DNA from: Sideroxydans sp.
Lineage (GTDB): Bacteria > Pseudomonadota > Gammaproteobacteria > Burkholderiales > Gallionellaceae
Length of the DNA: 64,000 nucleotides
Reading direction: 5' to 3'
Assembly (NCBI GenBank): GCA_029850585.1
Contig: JARCRQ010000012.1
Span: 6,130 to 70,129 of the forward strand
The notes beneath the pieces are model-generated. The model was not told the origin of the DNA, made no database searches, and worked only from the letters and a program-made list of their open reading frames with translations. Of this stretch, positions 43,201 to 51,655 are shown one piece after another. Numbering within the stretch: position 1 is the stretch's first letter; the number at the start of each line of letters is the position of its first letter. A program made the position numbers and the translations under genes.

Positions 43201-43574
43201 ACAAGTTTCATCTCGTGCCGGTGTATGTGCATCACCGCGTGACGGGCTTGCCGAATCGGGCGGTTGTGCAAGGTAAAGATGAAAGCGAATGGACGCTTAT
43301 CGACGACAGTTTTGAATTCTGTTTCTCGCTTTGTCCAAATGACTTTGTGCGGGTAACCATGAAGAAAGAAACTCGCGAGGGTTACTACGCTAGCACCCAT
43401 AGGGGCACTGGGTGCATCAACCTCTGGGCGCATGACCGCAATCTCAGCGTAGGCAAAGCGGGAAGCATCGAAGGAGTGGGTGTCAAAACCGCATTAAACA
43501 TCGAAAAATTTAACGTCGATGTCCTCGGCAACTGTTACCCCGCACCACCGGAACAGCGTCGTGACTTGGCGTAG
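40218..43574 (+). CDS. cas9: type II-C Cas9, 1118 aa
   Basis: RuvC-I GLDIG, Arg-rich bridge helix, RuvC-II HIEMAR, HNH EIDHALP...NRNKGN, RuvC-III HHALDA. Real start is MASKHK with AGGGAG RBS. Confidence 0.98.
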   Translation: MASKHKNLGALTFGLDIGIASVGWAVLGENRIIDLGVRAFDKAETAKEGESLNLARRSARLLRRRLRRRAWRLTKLNRLFKREGLIAHPLALRSPFTQSLWQLRVAALDRKLNVEEWARVIQHLCKHRGFYWISRAEEKAAEGHSKSEGGKVKQGLAGTKQKMQENNYRTAAEMVLTEFPDAQRNKQGDYSKALSRVLLSEEFALLFQRQRELGNPHTSTEFQEKILGNGDKKSGLFWQQNPALSGAALLKMLGKCTFEKSEYRAPKASFTAERHVWLTRLNNLRIVVGGTTRSLNDAERRTALPLPYLQAGDLSYKQLGSALIKANLLDKDRFKFTGLVYSNKQSADEKTKDPETTTLCKLPAWQTLHKTLKDAGLESEWQQIASDALQGKSQLLDDIAWVLSVYKEDTEVEAELRKLTLPNKDKLVQVLSYVSFDKFSNLSLKALRQIVPLMELGQRYDEAVANIPEYGHHSQLHVVGTGEHKYLPPFYKERDKDGRMVFDEDMDIPRNPVVLRALNQARKVVNALIKEYGSPHEVHIEMARDLSRPLKERLEIKKEQEGYRDRNEKAKTDFASDFNIVGAVKGKEFEKYMLYREQQGKCAYSVEAMDINRLFELGYVEIDHALPYSRSFDDSKNNRVLVLARENRNKGNQTPYEYLDGKSDSARWRQFVAFVEGNKTYRQAKRSRLLRKDFGADEAKGFRERNLNDTRYICKFFKNYVEQYLQLHEDSEAKRCVVLSGQMTSFLRARWGLVKVRSDSDRHHALDAVVVAACSHSMVKRLSDYSRRKELQQVREGFVDVDTGEIVNPAMFQQLHEHFPDPWQNFRDEVQLRLNIDDATLLRSEMEKFGTYSDAALQAPRPLFVSRAPQRRNSGAAHKDTIYAQPERLVAQGGVTQKVSLTSLTLKDLDKLIDPHRNEKLYAAIRARLEQHGGKGDKAFPANNPLRKPDSEGNPTGPIVRGVTMVIDKLSGIPIRGGIAKNDTMLRVDVFTKANKFHLVPVYVHHRVTGLPNRAVVQGKDESEWTLIDDSFEFCFSLCPNDFVRVTMKKETREGYYASTHRGTGCINLWAHDRNLSVGKAGSIEGVGVKTALNIEKFNVDVLGNCYPAPPEQRRDLA

Positions 43575-44466
43575 CGTGGTTATTTCGCGTCCCGCTAAGT
43601 TGCGGCGCGAACAGTTTCGGTTGGCTATCGAGCAGGAGCAAACCGCGCTCGTGCCGTTCGAGGACATCGCGGTGATTGTGTTGAATCATCGCGAAATCAC
43701 GCTGACGCATTCAGTGCTGTCGGCTTGCGGCGAATATGGCATCAGCCTGTTTGCCACAGGCGATACGCATCACCCTAGCGGCGTATTTATTCCCTTTTTA
43801 CCGCACTCGCGCGCGACTAAATGGATGCGTTTGCAACTGGCTTTGCCACGTCCCATCGCCAAGCAAACTTGGGCTGCTATCGTGCGGCAAAAAATCACCA
43901 ACCAATCGTTATGCTTACAGCTCTTGGGGCGCGAGGGCGAGGAGCGGATGGATGCGTACTTGCGCCGCGTGCGCTCTGGCGATCCTGGCAATTTAGAAGC
44001 CCTCGCCGCCGCTTATTATTTTCCGCAACTATTTGGCAAAGGCTTTTATCGCGACCAGCCGCGCTTTGCCAATGCCGCGCTCGATTATGGCTATGCGATA
44101 TTGCGCGGCACGATTGCACGCGGACTGGTGGCGCATGGCTTGTTGCCCGCCTTGGGAATTTTTCACGCCAGTGAGCAAAACGCTTTCAACTTAGCCGACG
44201 ACCTCATTGAACCGTTCCGCCCCGTGGTGGATTTATTCGTCGCGCAATATGCGTATGCGCAAGACGGCGAACTGCGCCCGCCCGACAAAGTGGCGTTAGT
44301 TGGCTTGCTCAATGTCGATGTGTTAATGCCGCGCGGCAAGATGTCGGTGCTGTCCGCCATCGAACACAGTATTGAGAGTTTGGCGCGGATTTATAACGGC
44401 GGCTCTGAGGCGTTATTGGAATTGCCCACGCTGATTAAGCTGGAGCAGCACCGCTTAGAGTGCTGA
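43561..44466 (+). CDS. cas1: CRISPR integrase Cas1 (type II)
   Basis: NAALDYGYAILR, GIFH, NLADDLIEPFRP motifs; GTG start (MTWRSV). Confidence 0.96.
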   Translation: MTWRSVVISRPAKLRREQFRLAIEQEQTALVPFEDIAVIVLNHREITLTHSVLSACGEYGISLFATGDTHHPSGVFIPFLPHSRATKWMRLQLALPRPIAKQTWAAIVRQKITNQSLCLQLLGREGEERMDAYLRRVRSGDPGNLEALAAAYYFPQLFGKGFYRDQPRFANAALDYGYAILRGTIARGLVAHGLLPALGIFHASEQNAFNLADDLIEPFRPVVDLFVAQYAYAQDGELRPPDKVALVGLLNVDVLMPRGKMSVLSAIEHSIESLARIYNGGSEALLELPTLIKLEQHRLEC

Positions 44467-44467
44467 C

Positions 44468-44800
44468 ATGAGCGAGGAGACACGACGGTTTATGCGCTTA
44501 CTGGTGTTGTTCGATTTACCTGTGGTAAGCAAAGCCGACCGCCGCGCCTACACTTTGTTTCGCCGCTTCTTATTGAATGACGGCTACGACATGATTCAGT
44601 TTTCCATCTACGGACGCATCGTCAACGGCAACGATGCCTTAGACAAACACATGAAACGCTTGGTGAATAATTTGCCGCCCGACGGCTCGGTACGCTGTTT
44701 AAGCGTCACCGAAAAGCAATATGCCAGCATGAAACTGCTAGTTGGGCTGCCACTTTTCCAAGAAAAAGCCCTCAAAGTGAATCAAATGCTACTGTTTTGA
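44468..44800 (+). CDS. cas2: CRISPR-associated Cas2
   Basis: VLFDLP, FRRFLLNDGY, QFSIY motifs. Confidence 0.96.
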   Translation: MSEETRRFMRLLVLFDLPVVSKADRRAYTLFRRFLLNDGYDMIQFSIYGRIVNGNDALDKHMKRLVNNLPPDGSVRCLSVTEKQYASMKLLVGLPLFQEKALKVNQMLLF

Positions 44801-44818
44801 GCTCAAATTTTTCACAGC

Positions 44819-44853
44819 AAAATGCCCGCCAAGCTAAGCTGGGCGGGCATTTT
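44819..44853. terminator. bidirectional terminator between cas2 and the array
   Basis: AAAATGCCCGCC/GGCGGGCATTTT. Confidence 0.85.
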
Positions 44854-44863
44854 GCTGAGGTCT

Positions 44864-45771
44864 AGTGTAGTTCATCCGGGGTGAGAGAGGGAGCTACAAC
44901 ATGCGGCTCTGCGTTGGCGATTGTGCAAGGAGTGTAGTTCATCCGGGGTGAGAGAGGGAGCTACAACAAAATGTGCGAACGCACGTCTTGCCCTGTGAGT
45001 GTAGTTCATCCGGGGTGAGAGAGGGAGCTACAACGGTGGTCGTCAACCCAATATCGAGCAACGTAGTGTAGTTCATCCGGGGTGAGAGAGGGAGCTACAA
45101 CTACGAACCCTGCTAGTGCTGTTACTGCTACAGTGTAGTTCATCCGGGGTGAGAGAGGGAGCTACAACTGGAATACCGCACGGCGGCGGAAGAGGCGGAG
45201 TGTAGTTCATCCGGGGTGAGAGAGGGAGCTACAACCGTGGTCGCACCGTCTGCGTGTCTAGCATCAGTGTAGTTCATCCGGGGTGAGAGAGGGAGCTACA
45301 ACGACCCCGCTTATTCTGCCGTTAATGTAGCGAGTGTAGTTCATCCGGGGTGAGAGAGGGAGCTACAACTGAACATTTGGTAATTTGTCGCCGCCTTGAA
45401 GTGTAGTTCATCCGGGGTGAGAGAGGGAGCTACAACCTACAACGCTTACGACACTAAGCAAATTTTAGTGTAGTTCATCCGGGGTGAGAGAGGGAGCTAC
45501 AACGCAGAAGACGGGCGCGAGGCGGGGGCTAAGAGTGTAGTTCATCCGGGGTGAGAGAGGGAGCTACAACACAGGGTTGCCTTTAGTGTCGGGTATAGAC
45601 AGTGTAGTTCATCCGGGGGGAGAGAGGGAGCTACAACCCGTTACGGGGTTGCTGTTACTAGGTGCGCAGTGTAGTTCATCCGGGGTGAGAGAGGGAGCTA
45701 CAACAACTCAAGCGGCGGCTAGGCAAGACTAAACAGTGTAGTTCATCCGGGGTGAGAGAGGGAGCTACAAC
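44864..45771 (-). CRISPR. CRISPR array: 14 repeats of 37 bp, 13 spacers of 30 nt
   Basis: Repeat on the crRNA strand is GTTGTAGCTCCCTCTCTCACCCCGGATGAACTACACT with an exact 67-bp period; one variant at 45619 (repeat 12). Orientation inferred from the tracrRNA anti-repeat and the Neisseria-like repeat. Confidence 0.99.
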
Positions 45772-45915
45772 CTAATGCGCGACCCACAAGGGGTCACGAA
45801 TTACGTTGCCGCTTACGCGGGTTTGGCAAAAAAATGGGGCGAAACCACATCGAATTCATGCCACCTTCTTCAATGCAAAGCTAGCTCAACAGCATTCTTA
45901 TAAACGATGCAAAGA

Positions 45916-47328
45916 CTAAGGTTTTGCCGCCTTAAACATCGCTAGTGTTTTTTCGCGCGCGACGGCGTGATCGACGAGGGGGGCGGGATAATTTTCGCCG
46001 ATGATGATCTGGCGGGCGCGTTGTTCGATGGGCGGCAACGTCCACGGCGCATGAATAAATTTGTCGGGACAGTTGGCGAGTTCTGGCACATAGCGACGAA
46101 TAAATTTTCCTGCCGCATCAAATTTTTCAGATTGCGTAATCGGATTAAAAATCCTAAACCACGGTTGCGCATCGCAGCCTGTCGATGCCGCCCACTGCCA
46201 ACCGCCGTTGTTGGCGGACAAATCAAAATCGTTCAAATGTTCGGCAAAATAGGCTTCGCCCCAACGCCAATCGAGCTGCAAATCTTTCACCAAAAATGAC
46301 GCGACTACCATGCGCAAACGATTGTGCATAAAGCCGGTTTGATTGAGCTGACGCATCCCCGCATCGACCAGCGGATAGCCTGTCGCACCGTTACACCACG
46401 CCGCGAACCAGTCGCGATTTTGGTTAAATTTTAAGTGTTCAAATTGCGGCTTAAACGCATGTCCGATGACATACGGATGGTGCTGCAACAACATCTGATA
46501 AAAGTCACGCCAGACTAATTCGGACAACCACACCGCTGCCCCCAAACCCTTGGCGCGTGTGGCATAGCGCGCGAGGGCGCGGATGGAAATTGTGCCAAAA
46601 CGCAGGTGCGTAGATAGATATGACACGCCCTTCACCGCAGGGAAATTACGCGCTTCGTCGTAGTGCGCGATGCGCTCGCTAAAGTCCGCCAGCAGCGTTT
46701 CCGCACCCGTCATGCCGCACGGAATTTTTAGCTCAGTGAGATTGGTTTTAGCAAAGCCTAGCTGCGCCAAACTAGGCAAAGCGGGCGCGCTAAATTTTGC
46801 TAACGCGGCAAAGTATTTTTCAGTCGGATAAGCGCGCAAATAAAAATCATTGAGCTTTTTCAGCCAAGCATTTTTGTACGGCGTAAAGACGTGATACGGC
46901 GTGCCGCCGCCCGTCAAAATTTCATCGCGCTCAAAAATCACTTGGTCTTTGTAACTATGCAAGACGCAATTTTGTGTGGCTAATTGCTCGGCAACGTGCG
47001 CGTCGCGCGCGATAGCTGACGGCTCGTAATCGTGATTGCAAAACACCGCCGTCGCGCCAATTTGTTGCGCCAGTTGCGGAATCAACACGGTCGCGCTGCC
47101 ATGCAAAACATGCAGGTCGCTACCTAATTTTTGTAACTCAGTTTTGAGTTCAGCAAGGCTGTGCCAAATAAACTCGACGCGCCTATCTGCCTTATTCGGC
47201 AAGGCTTGCAAGATGTCGGTGTCGAACACAAACACGCACTGCACCGCGCGTGAATTTTTTAGCGCGTGATATAAAGCGGCATGGTCGAACAGACGTAAAT
47301 CGCGGCGTAGCCAACAAAGAGAGGTCAT
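45916..47328 (-). CDS. phr: deoxyribodipyrimidine photolyase
   Basis: WLRRDLRL, HNRLRM, NNGGWQW, RIFNP motifs. Confidence 0.96.
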   Translation of the reverse strand: MTSLCWLRRDLRLFDHAALYHALKNSRAVQCVFVFDTDILQALPNKADRRVEFIWHSLAELKTELQKLGSDLHVLHGSATVLIPQLAQQIGATAVFCNHDYEPSAIARDAHVAEQLATQNCVLHSYKDQVIFERDEILTGGGTPYHVFTPYKNAWLKKLNDFYLRAYPTEKYFAALAKFSAPALPSLAQLGFAKTNLTELKIPCGMTGAETLLADFSERIAHYDEARNFPAVKGVSYLSTHLRFGTISIRALARYATRAKGLGAAVWLSELVWRDFYQMLLQHHPYVIGHAFKPQFEHLKFNQNRDWFAAWCNGATGYPLVDAGMRQLNQTGFMHNRLRMVVASFLVKDLQLDWRWGEAYFAEHLNDFDLSANNGGWQWAASTGCDAQPWFRIFNPITQSEKFDAAGKFIRRYVPELANCPDKFIHAPWTLPPIEQRARQIIIGENYPAPLVDHAVAREKTLAMFKAAKP

Positions 47329-47331
47329 AGG

Positions 47332-47392
47332 AGTGGTGAGTGGCAAGTGGGGCGGCACTAACGTGCCTCAGTGCCGTTCCACTCACCACTTT
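47332..47392. repeat. heptamer-based palindromic repeat (same family as 23353)
   Basis: AGTGGTGAGTGG...GGCACT..GTGCC..AGTGCC...CCACTCACCACT. Confidence 0.65.
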
Positions 47393-47440
47393 ATAAAATC
47401 CGTAATTGTGCCGCTTAGCGGCTAAAGCTACAATGCGCAA

Positions 47441-48001
47441 ATGAATGAACTTAATCTCACCAATCACTTTTTGATTGCCATGCCTGCCATGCAGGAAGGC
47501 GTTTTTGCAGGCACATTGACTTTTGTGTGCGAGCACAACGAAAACGGCGCACTCGGCATCGTGGTCAATCGTCCCACCAGCATCACTTACGCGGACATGT
47601 TCGAGCAAATCAGCATTCCTTTGCATCAACCCGAAATCGAAAAACTGCCTGTGCATTTTGGCGGCCCGGTGCAAACCGAACGCGGCTTTGTGTTGCACGA
47701 CACGCAGCAACAATGGCAATCAACGTTGCGTATCGGCAGCAGCATGGCACTCACCACGTCTAAAGATATTTTAGAAGCGATTGGTGCAGGCACGGGCCCG
47801 CGCAATGTCTTGATTAGCTTGGGCTACGCGGGTTGGGAGCCGGGTCAGTTGGAGCACGAAATCGCGGAAAATACTTGGTTGACCGTGCCTGCCAGCGAAC
47901 ACATTTTGTTTGAGCTGCCGCCAGAAGAACGCTTAGCCGCAGCGATGGCGTTGTTAGGCATTGACTACGCCTCCTTGGTGGAAGAAGCAGGACATGCCTG
48001 A
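47441..48001 (+). CDS. yqgE: YqgE/AlgH family protein
   Basis: FLIAMP, GGPVQ, LGYAGW motifs. Confidence 0.94.
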   Translation: MNELNLTNHFLIAMPAMQEGVFAGTLTFVCEHNENGALGIVVNRPTSITYADMFEQISIPLHQPEIEKLPVHFGGPVQTERGFVLHDTQQQWQSTLRIGSSMALTTSKDILEAIGAGTGPRNVLISLGYAGWEPGQLEHEIAENTWLTVPASEHILFELPPEERLAAAMALLGIDYASLVEEAGHA

Positions 48002-48476
48002 CGTTACGCTCGGCAATCCTCAATCCAAAATCCTCAATCCCGATTTAACAGGCACGCTGCTCGCCTTCGATTTTGGCACGCGCCGCATCGGCATTGCTAA
48101 AGGTAATACTTTATTGAGCAACGCCGAGCCGCTCGCCACGATTGATGCAGAAAAAACTGACACACGCTTCGCGCAGATTGCCGATCTGATAACAAATTGG
48201 CAGCCGAGTGGCTTGATTGTTGGGCTGCCGTGCAATGAAGATGGCACGCCGCACGAGTTAACCGCGCTGTGTCGCCGCTTCGCTAACCGCCTAAAAGGGC
48301 GGTTTAATTTGCCCGTGATTCTGGTCGATGAGCGTTACACCTCGGCGGCGGCGAGCAGCGCGTTAAACGAGCTTGGCATACGCGGTCGCAAACAAAAAGC
48401 GGTGCTCGACCAATATGCTGCGCAGCAAATTTTGCAAGCCTATTTTGATGAACCTACAGCGGGAATATCAGTATGA
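47994..48476 (+). CDS. yqgF: YqgF/RuvX nuclease
   Basis: [21 protein letters not shown] motifs. Confidence 0.94.
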   Translation: MPDVTLGNPQSKILNPDLTGTLLAFDFGTRRIGIAKGNTLLSNAEPLATIDAEKTDTRFAQIADLITNWQPSGLIVGLPCNEDGTPHELTALCRRFANRLKGRFNLPVILVDERYTSAAASSALNELGIRGRKQKAVLDQYAAQQILQAYFDEPTAGISV

Positions 48477-49432
48477 ATAATCCACAATTAAATCGTGACG
48501 GTGGGCTGCAACATTTGCTCACTACCGAAGGCTTGCCAGCGCGCATCGTGCGCGACATTCTCGATACCGCCGCGACTTTTCTCGACGAAAATTCCAGCAA
48601 AGACATCAAAAAAGTGCCGCTGCTGCAAGGCAAGTCGGTGTTCAACGTGTTCTTTGAAAACAGCACACGCACGCGCACCACGTTTGAAATTGCGGCGAAA
48701 AAATTGTCCGCCGACGTGGTCAATCTCAACATCGGTTCGTCCAGCACCAGCAAGGGCGAAACGCTGCTCGATACGGTAGATAATTTGTGCGCGATGCACG
48801 CCGATATGTTTGTGGTGCGTCACGCTTCCAGCGGCGCGGCGCACTTTATCGCGCAGCATGTCGCGCCCGAAATTCATGTCATCAATGCGGGCGATGGTCG
48901 CCATGCGCACCCCACGCAAGCCCTGCTGGATATGTACACCATCCGCCATTACAAAAAAGAATTTCACAACCTGCGCGTAGCGATTGTTGGCGATGTGTTG
49001 CATTCGCGCGTGGCACGTTCGCAGATTCACGCGCTGACCACTTTGGGTGTACCAGAAGTGCGCGTGATTGCGCCGAAAACGCTGTTGCCGACCATGGTAG
49101 AAAATCTCGGCGTACGCGTGTTTCACGACATGGCGGAAGGCTTAAAAGATGTCGATGTGATTTTGATGTTGCGCTTGCAAAACGAGCGGATGCAAGGCGC
49201 GGCATTGCCCTCTGCGCAAGAGTATTTTAAGAATTACGGTCTCACTGAAGAAAAATTAGCGTATGCAAAAGCAGATGCGATTGTGATGCACCCAGGGCCG
49301 ATGAATCGTGGTGTAGAAATTGATTCGCACGTCGCCGACGGCGCGCAATCGGTGATTTTGGCGCAAGTCACCTTCGGCATCGCGGTACGCATGGCGGTGA
49401 TGGCAACCTTGGTAGGCGGGAGTAAACGATGA
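48473..49432 (+). CDS. pyrB: aspartate carbamoyltransferase catalytic subunit
   Basis: [16 protein letters not shown] motifs. Confidence 0.98.
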   Translation: MNNPQLNRDGGLQHLLTTEGLPARIVRDILDTAATFLDENSSKDIKKVPLLQGKSVFNVFFENSTRTRTTFEIAAKKLSADVVNLNIGSSSTSKGETLLDTVDNLCAMHADMFVVRHASSGAAHFIAQHVAPEIHVINAGDGRHAHPTQALLDMYTIRHYKKEFHNLRVAIVGDVLHSRVARSQIHALTTLGVPEVRVIAPKTLLPTMVENLGVRVFHDMAEGLKDVDVILMLRLQNERMQGAALPSAQEYFKNYGLTEEKLAYAKADAIVMHPGPMNRGVEIDSHVADGAQSVILAQVTFGIAVRMAVMATLVGGSKR

Positions 49433-50706
49433 ACATTCATATCAAAAACGGTCGCGTCATCGACCCTAAAAATCAGCTCGATGCGCAACGCGATGTGTAC
49501 ATTGTGGATAGACGCATCGCCGCTGTAGGCTCTGCGCCACAAGGCTTTGTCGCCGATCAAGTGATCGACGCGACGGGCTTGTGCGTGATGCCCGGTCTGA
49601 TCGACATCGCCGCGCGGCTGCGTGAGCCAGGTTTTGAATACAAAGCCACACTGGAATCAGAAATGAACGCAGCGGCGGCGGGCGGCGTGACCAGCCTCGC
49701 CTGTCCGCCAGATACAGACCCTCCGCTGGACGAACCCGGCTTAGTCGAAATGCTCAAGCACCGCGCGCGCAATCTCAATTTGGCGCGGGTGTTTCCCATC
49801 GGCGCGCTGACGTATGGTTTGAAAGGTTTAGAGCTGACCGAAATGATTGAGCTCAGTGAGGCGGGCTGCAAAGCCTTTAGTCAAGCCGATGCGCCGCTCA
49901 CCGACACGCGCGTGTTGCTGCGCGCCATGCAATACGCCGCGACCATGGGCTACTCGGTTTGGCTGCGTCCGCAAGATAGTTTCCTGGCGAAAAATGGCGT
50001 AGCGCATGACGGCATCGTCGCGACGCGTTGCGGTTTGGCGGGCATTCCCGTCAGTGCCGAAACCATCGCGCTGGCGACCATGCTGACCTTGGCAAAAGAC
50101 ACGGGCGTAGCCCTACACATTTGCCGTATTTCTAGCGCAGCGGGCGTGGAGCTCATTCGCGCGGCGAAGCAGCAGGGCATTAAAGTGAGTTGCGACGTGG
50201 CAATGAATCATCTGCATTTGTCCGAAATGGACATCGGCTTTTTTGATGCGAACTGTCATTTAGTCCCGCCGCTGCGCAGCTTGCGTGACCGCGATGCACT
50301 GCGCGCCGCTTTGCACGATGGCACCATAGACGCGATTTGTTCCGACCACACGCCCGTCGATGAAGACGCAAAATTGTCACCATTTAGCGATGCCGAAGCG
50401 GGTGCGACAGGCTTGGAATTATTGTTGCCATTGACGCTGAAATGGGCGGCACAAGCAGGCGTACCGCTGTTAGACGCGCTGGCACGCGTCACGCTGCAAC
50501 CCGCGCAGCTATTGGGCATCGCCATGGGACATCTGTCGGTAGGCGCACATGCTGACGTATGTATTTTTGATATAGATGCGAGCTGGCGCGTGCAGCCTAG
50601 CGCGCTAAAAAGCCAAGGCAAAAATACCCCGTTCAACGGCTACGAAATGCAAGGAAAAGTGCGCTATACGCTGTTAGCGGGCGAAGTCGTTTATCAAGCG
50701 CAGTAG
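49429..50706 (+). CDS. pyrC: dihydroorotase homologue, probably inactive PyrC'
   Basis: DHOase fold, but [10 protein letters not shown] replaces DxHxHxREPG. Confidence 0.85.
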   Translation: MNIHIKNGRVIDPKNQLDAQRDVYIVDRRIAAVGSAPQGFVADQVIDATGLCVMPGLIDIAARLREPGFEYKATLESEMNAAAAGGVTSLACPPDTDPPLDEPGLVEMLKHRARNLNLARVFPIGALTYGLKGLELTEMIELSEAGCKAFSQADAPLTDTRVLLRAMQYAATMGYSVWLRPQDSFLAKNGVAHDGIVATRCGLAGIPVSAETIALATMLTLAKDTGVALHICRISSAAGVELIRAAKQQGIKVSCDVAMNHLHLSEMDIGFFDANCHLVPPLRSLRDRDALRAALHDGTIDAICSDHTPVDEDAKLSPFSDAEAGATGLELLLPLTLKWAAQAGVPLLDALARVTLQPAQLLGIAMGHLSVGAHADVCIFDIDASWRVQPSALKSQGKNTPFNGYEMQGKVRYTLLAGEVVYQAQ

Positions 50707-51318
50707 TTAAGCGGCGCAGCGCACTTGCTGCATGACCAGTTGTTTGAGTTGCACCATGCGACCGTGAAAAAAATGTCCTGCGCCAGGCAACACGATAATG
50801 GGTAGTTGTTGCGGTTTTGCCCACGCTAATGCCGCGCTAAATGCCACAACTTCGTCTTCGTCACCGTGTATCACTAAAGTATTTTCCGCCACGTCGGGCA
50901 TGGCGAAACGTCCGACCGCTGGGGCGATTAACACGAGGCGGCTGGGTTGTATCACCGCTGCGGCGCGCGCTTGTACATAGCCGCCGAAAGAAAATCCCGC
51001 GCACAGTAAATCTAAGTCGGGATAACGCGCGCGCAAAAATTCAGCGGCGGCAATCGCGTCATGGGTTTCACCATTACCTTCGTCGTACTCTCCTGCACTT
51101 TCACCCACGCCGCGAAAATTAAAGCGCAACGCGGCGTAGCCTAGCTCGACAAAAGCGCGCGCTAAAGTGGTGACGATTTTGTGTTCCATGGTACCGCCCA
51201 TGGTCGGCAGCGGATGGGCGATTAACACCAGTGCGACAGGCTTTTCATCAGGTAAATGCAGCACGCCTTCAAGGTTTCCCACTGCGCCGGCGAAGTGAAT
51301 TTTTTCGATGCTCGCCAT
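50707..51318 (-). CDS. alpha/beta hydrolase
   Basis: HPLPTMGGTM, RFNFRGVG, GFSFG, GAGHFF motifs. Confidence 0.9.
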   Translation of the reverse strand: MASIEKIHFAGAVGNLEGVLHLPDEKPVALVLIAHPLPTMGGTMEHKIVTTLARAFVELGYAALRFNFRGVGESAGEYDEGNGETHDAIAAAEFLRARYPDLDLLCAGFSFGGYVQARAAAVIQPSRLVLIAPAVGRFAMPDVAENTLVIHGDEDEVVAFSAALAWAKPQQLPIIVLPGAGHFFHGRMVQLKQLVMQQVRCAA

Positions 51319-51629
51319 TAGATTGTCAACCTCGCGACGATGCGACCGTGTTGTAAATGCTCGCTAATAATTTCGTCCAAATCGCTCTCGTCAATAAAAG
51401 TGTACCAAGTGCCTTCGGGATAAATCACCAACACGGGGCCTTCGTCGCAGCGATCTAAACAGCCCGCCGAATTGATGCGGATGCGATTCTCGGCGTTGGA
51501 AATGGCTAGCTGTTTAACTTTGTCTTTAACGTAATCGCGCAGCTTTTGCGCACCAAAATTATTGCAACAGCTATCGCCATTCGCGCGCTGGTTGGTGCAG
51601 AAGAAAACGTGTTTATCGAAATGGCTCAT
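51318..51629 (-). CDS. thioredoxin-like [2Fe-2S] ferredoxin
   Basis: HVFFCTNQR...CC...AGCLDRCDEGP..YPEGTWY; start moved to MSHFDK. Confidence 0.9.
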   Translation of the reverse strand: MSHFDKHVFFCTNQRANGDSCCNNFGAQKLRDYVKDKVKQLAISNAENRIRINSAGCLDRCDEGPVLVIYPEGTWYTFIDESDLDEIISEHLQHGRIVARLTI

Positions 51630-51655
51630 CGCAACTTTCGGGTGTGAATGAAAAA

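Noticed and set aside
45169-45198. Spacer 5 can read EYRTAAEEA, resembling Cas9's own NYRTAAEMV (about 40716-40740)
   Set aside because: Only about 17/24 nt match, with mismatches throughout. Chance similarity, not self-targeting.
45437-45443. Spacer 9 begins CTACAAC, duplicating the repeat end
   Set aside because: The spacer is the normal 30 nt and the bases are explained by the L-Y-N codons of the pI motif, so it is not a slippage artefact.
45601-45637. Repeat 12 variant (T to G at 45619)
   Set aside because: A single change that creates a G6 run. It could be a sequencing error and has little predicted effect.
45772-45840. Possible 14th spacer followed by a degenerate repeat
   Set aside because: No recognisable repeat remnant at the expected 67-bp position.
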